A stretch of 64,000 nucleotides of DNA. It comes from Paraphysomonas bandaiensis. Lineage: Eukaryota > Protista > Chrysophyceae. Under the pieces are notes generated by a model. The model did not search any database. It saw only the letters and a program-made list of their open reading frames with translations, and was not told the origin of the DNA. Within the stretch, counting starts at the first letter, position 1; every line of letters starts with the position of its first letter. The DNA lies in NCBI GenBank assembly GCA_965644295.1, contig CBFFRP010000461.1, positions 62,001-126,000 of the forward strand, written 5' to 3'. A program made the position numbers and the translations under genes. This document shows positions 62,501-64,000 of this stretch, piece by piece.

Positions 62501-64000
62501 AAATTCTTTGACATATTGCTTAAAAATTTCAGTGCAGGTGGATTCACCAACGAAAAAGCAACATCAATGAGAACAGTCATAGCCTTGTTGGCAGCCAGGT
62601 AGACTGCAGTTGCACCAGGTAGATATCTCTACTCCTTACAACAACACCGACCTTCAAGAGATAATTTACATGTATCCACCTGCAGAGATTTTATGTCGCA
62701 AAGGCAAGGTCCTTAGACTTCCGTAGAGTATTGTAAATGTCCTTATAGGTACCTCAAAGGAACTATCGATAAAAGACTCCACACTCCGGAAAATCAGTTA
62801 CACTTCCCAGATTCGCTGACAGCGACACTGGGCTCGATGTAACCTAACCCGTAGGTCTACAACAGCATTTTAGTTTTTATCAGAAATTGCCTCATACAAT
62901 GGCTATCGAGACTCCAAACTACCGTCGCCTAATCATCTACAAAAACGGAATACATTTCTCTATCATCAGCCTGCCAAGAGACTATCTGGCTACGTGCACT
63001 ACTTTCGGAACTGGGCTTCCAAATTCCGTTTTCAACAACCCTCTGGTGCGACAATATAGGCGCAATTCAGTACGTACATCATCGTCGGAAGAAACACATC
63101 GCCTTCAGATACCACTTCATAAGAGAACAAGCCGCCTCGTATTCCATTAGTGTAGATTACATGCCCACCATCAAAATTCTGGCCGACATCCCAACTATAC
63201 CACTCACATCAAATACGTTCCACAGATTGCGGGATTCACTGATGGGGGGGAGAAGTATCAGCGTAGCCGCCAGCAATAAAAGTACAAAGAATCTATTCCT
63301 CCGGCAGCTAACTCAACCAAGATACCACGATAGATGACTTAGGGGTCTACGGAGTTTCCCACGATGATGTTGTATGTATCTTGGTGAATCCACCTGCACT
63401 GAAATTTTTAAGCAATATGTCAAAGAATTTACTGAGAAGTTTTATGCAGACTATATGCTCGTTTCCCTACAGGTGGGAATGAACTTCTTCAGGTGATGGA
63501 ATTGTATTGCCTTGGATTTTTGGTTGCATTGGCAGTGTAATTGACGTAACTCATGAACACTGGGCTCTGTGTTACCTTGACATAAACTGGAAGGCCACTG
63601 GAAAAGAGGGATATCCTACATTAGGATACAATACAATACAATTCCATCACCTGAAGAAGTTCATTCCCACCAGTAGGGAAACGAGCATATAGTCTGCATA
63701 AAGCTTCTCAGTAAATTCTTTGACATATTGCTTAAAAATTTCAGTGCAGGTGGATTCACCAACGAAAAAGCAACATCAATGAGAACAGTCATAGCCTTGT
63801 TGGCAGCCAGGTAGACTGCAGTTGCACCAGGTAGATATCTCTACTCCTTACAACAACACCGACCTTCAAGAGATAATTTACATGTATCCACCTGCAGAGA
63901 TTTTATGTCGCAAAGGCAAGGTCCTTAGACTTCCGTAGAGTATTGTAAATGTCCTTATAGGTACCTCAAAGGAACTATCGATAAAAGACTCCACACTCCG
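56368..64000 (+). repeat. Tandem array of ~1212-bp units (6 complete + 367 bp, continues past the window), each a copia fragment plus a Harbinger-derived hairpin
   Basis: The marker caatacaattcc recurs at 56368, 57579, 58788, 59998, 61210, 62422 and 63634. Identical 87-aa and 61-aa ORFs recur with the same period. Confidence 0.97.
56502..57200 (+). pseudogene. Ty1/copia pol fragment (RT C-terminus + RNase H) ending at a polypurine tract; repeated in every array unit
   Basis: A frame missing from the ORF track reads QWLSRLQTTVA*SSTKTEYISLSSACQETIWLRALLSELG...LWCDNIGAI...KKHIAFRYHFIREQ...VDYMPT..ILADIPTIPL....FHRLR. Upstream remnants SLVG, RYLKGT and TRRSTT. ggggggagaag follows at about 57190-57201. 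Confidence 0.9.

Noticed and set aside
56368-64000. CRISPR-like repeat-spacer array
   Set aside because: Units are wholly identical 1.2-kb repeats with no variable spacers and no cas genes; the context is eukaryotic.

Overview
Eukaryotic nuclear DNA with short GT-AG introns. Gene content (GH161 beta-1,3-glucan phosphorylase, a giant PT-repeat/REJ surface protein with RRL motifs, oomycete-like hAT and Harbinger remnants) suggests a stramenopile, plausibly a chrysophyte; this is inference. Positions 1-52.8 kb are gene-dense: GH161 phosphorylase, acyl-CoA dehydrogenase, GH65 glucosidase, NDUFAF5, a ~30-intron degenerate SET protein with a signal peptide, a TPR-like protein, a SAP-domain Nup153-like nucleoporin, a class-3 lipase, an ArfGAP-DENN-IQ fusion and a 3534-aa C-type lectin/REJ membrane protein. 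From 53.4 kb the window is transposon-derived: an hAT end, then a PIF/Harbinger transposase pseudogene followed by a SET-like segment, folded back into a 2.3-kb palindrome. After it comes a near-identical ~1212-bp tandem array (6 units plus a partial one, running off the window). Each unit combines a Ty1/copia RT-RNase H fragment with a 129-bp-stem hairpin that is a centre-deleted copy of the palindrome. A second, unrelated transposase palindrome (IS630/Tc1) lies at 2.7-5.5 kb. The best candidate for an undescribed system is this conversion of transposase genes into hairpins and their amplification, possibly as an siRNA source locus; function cannot be shown from sequence alone.
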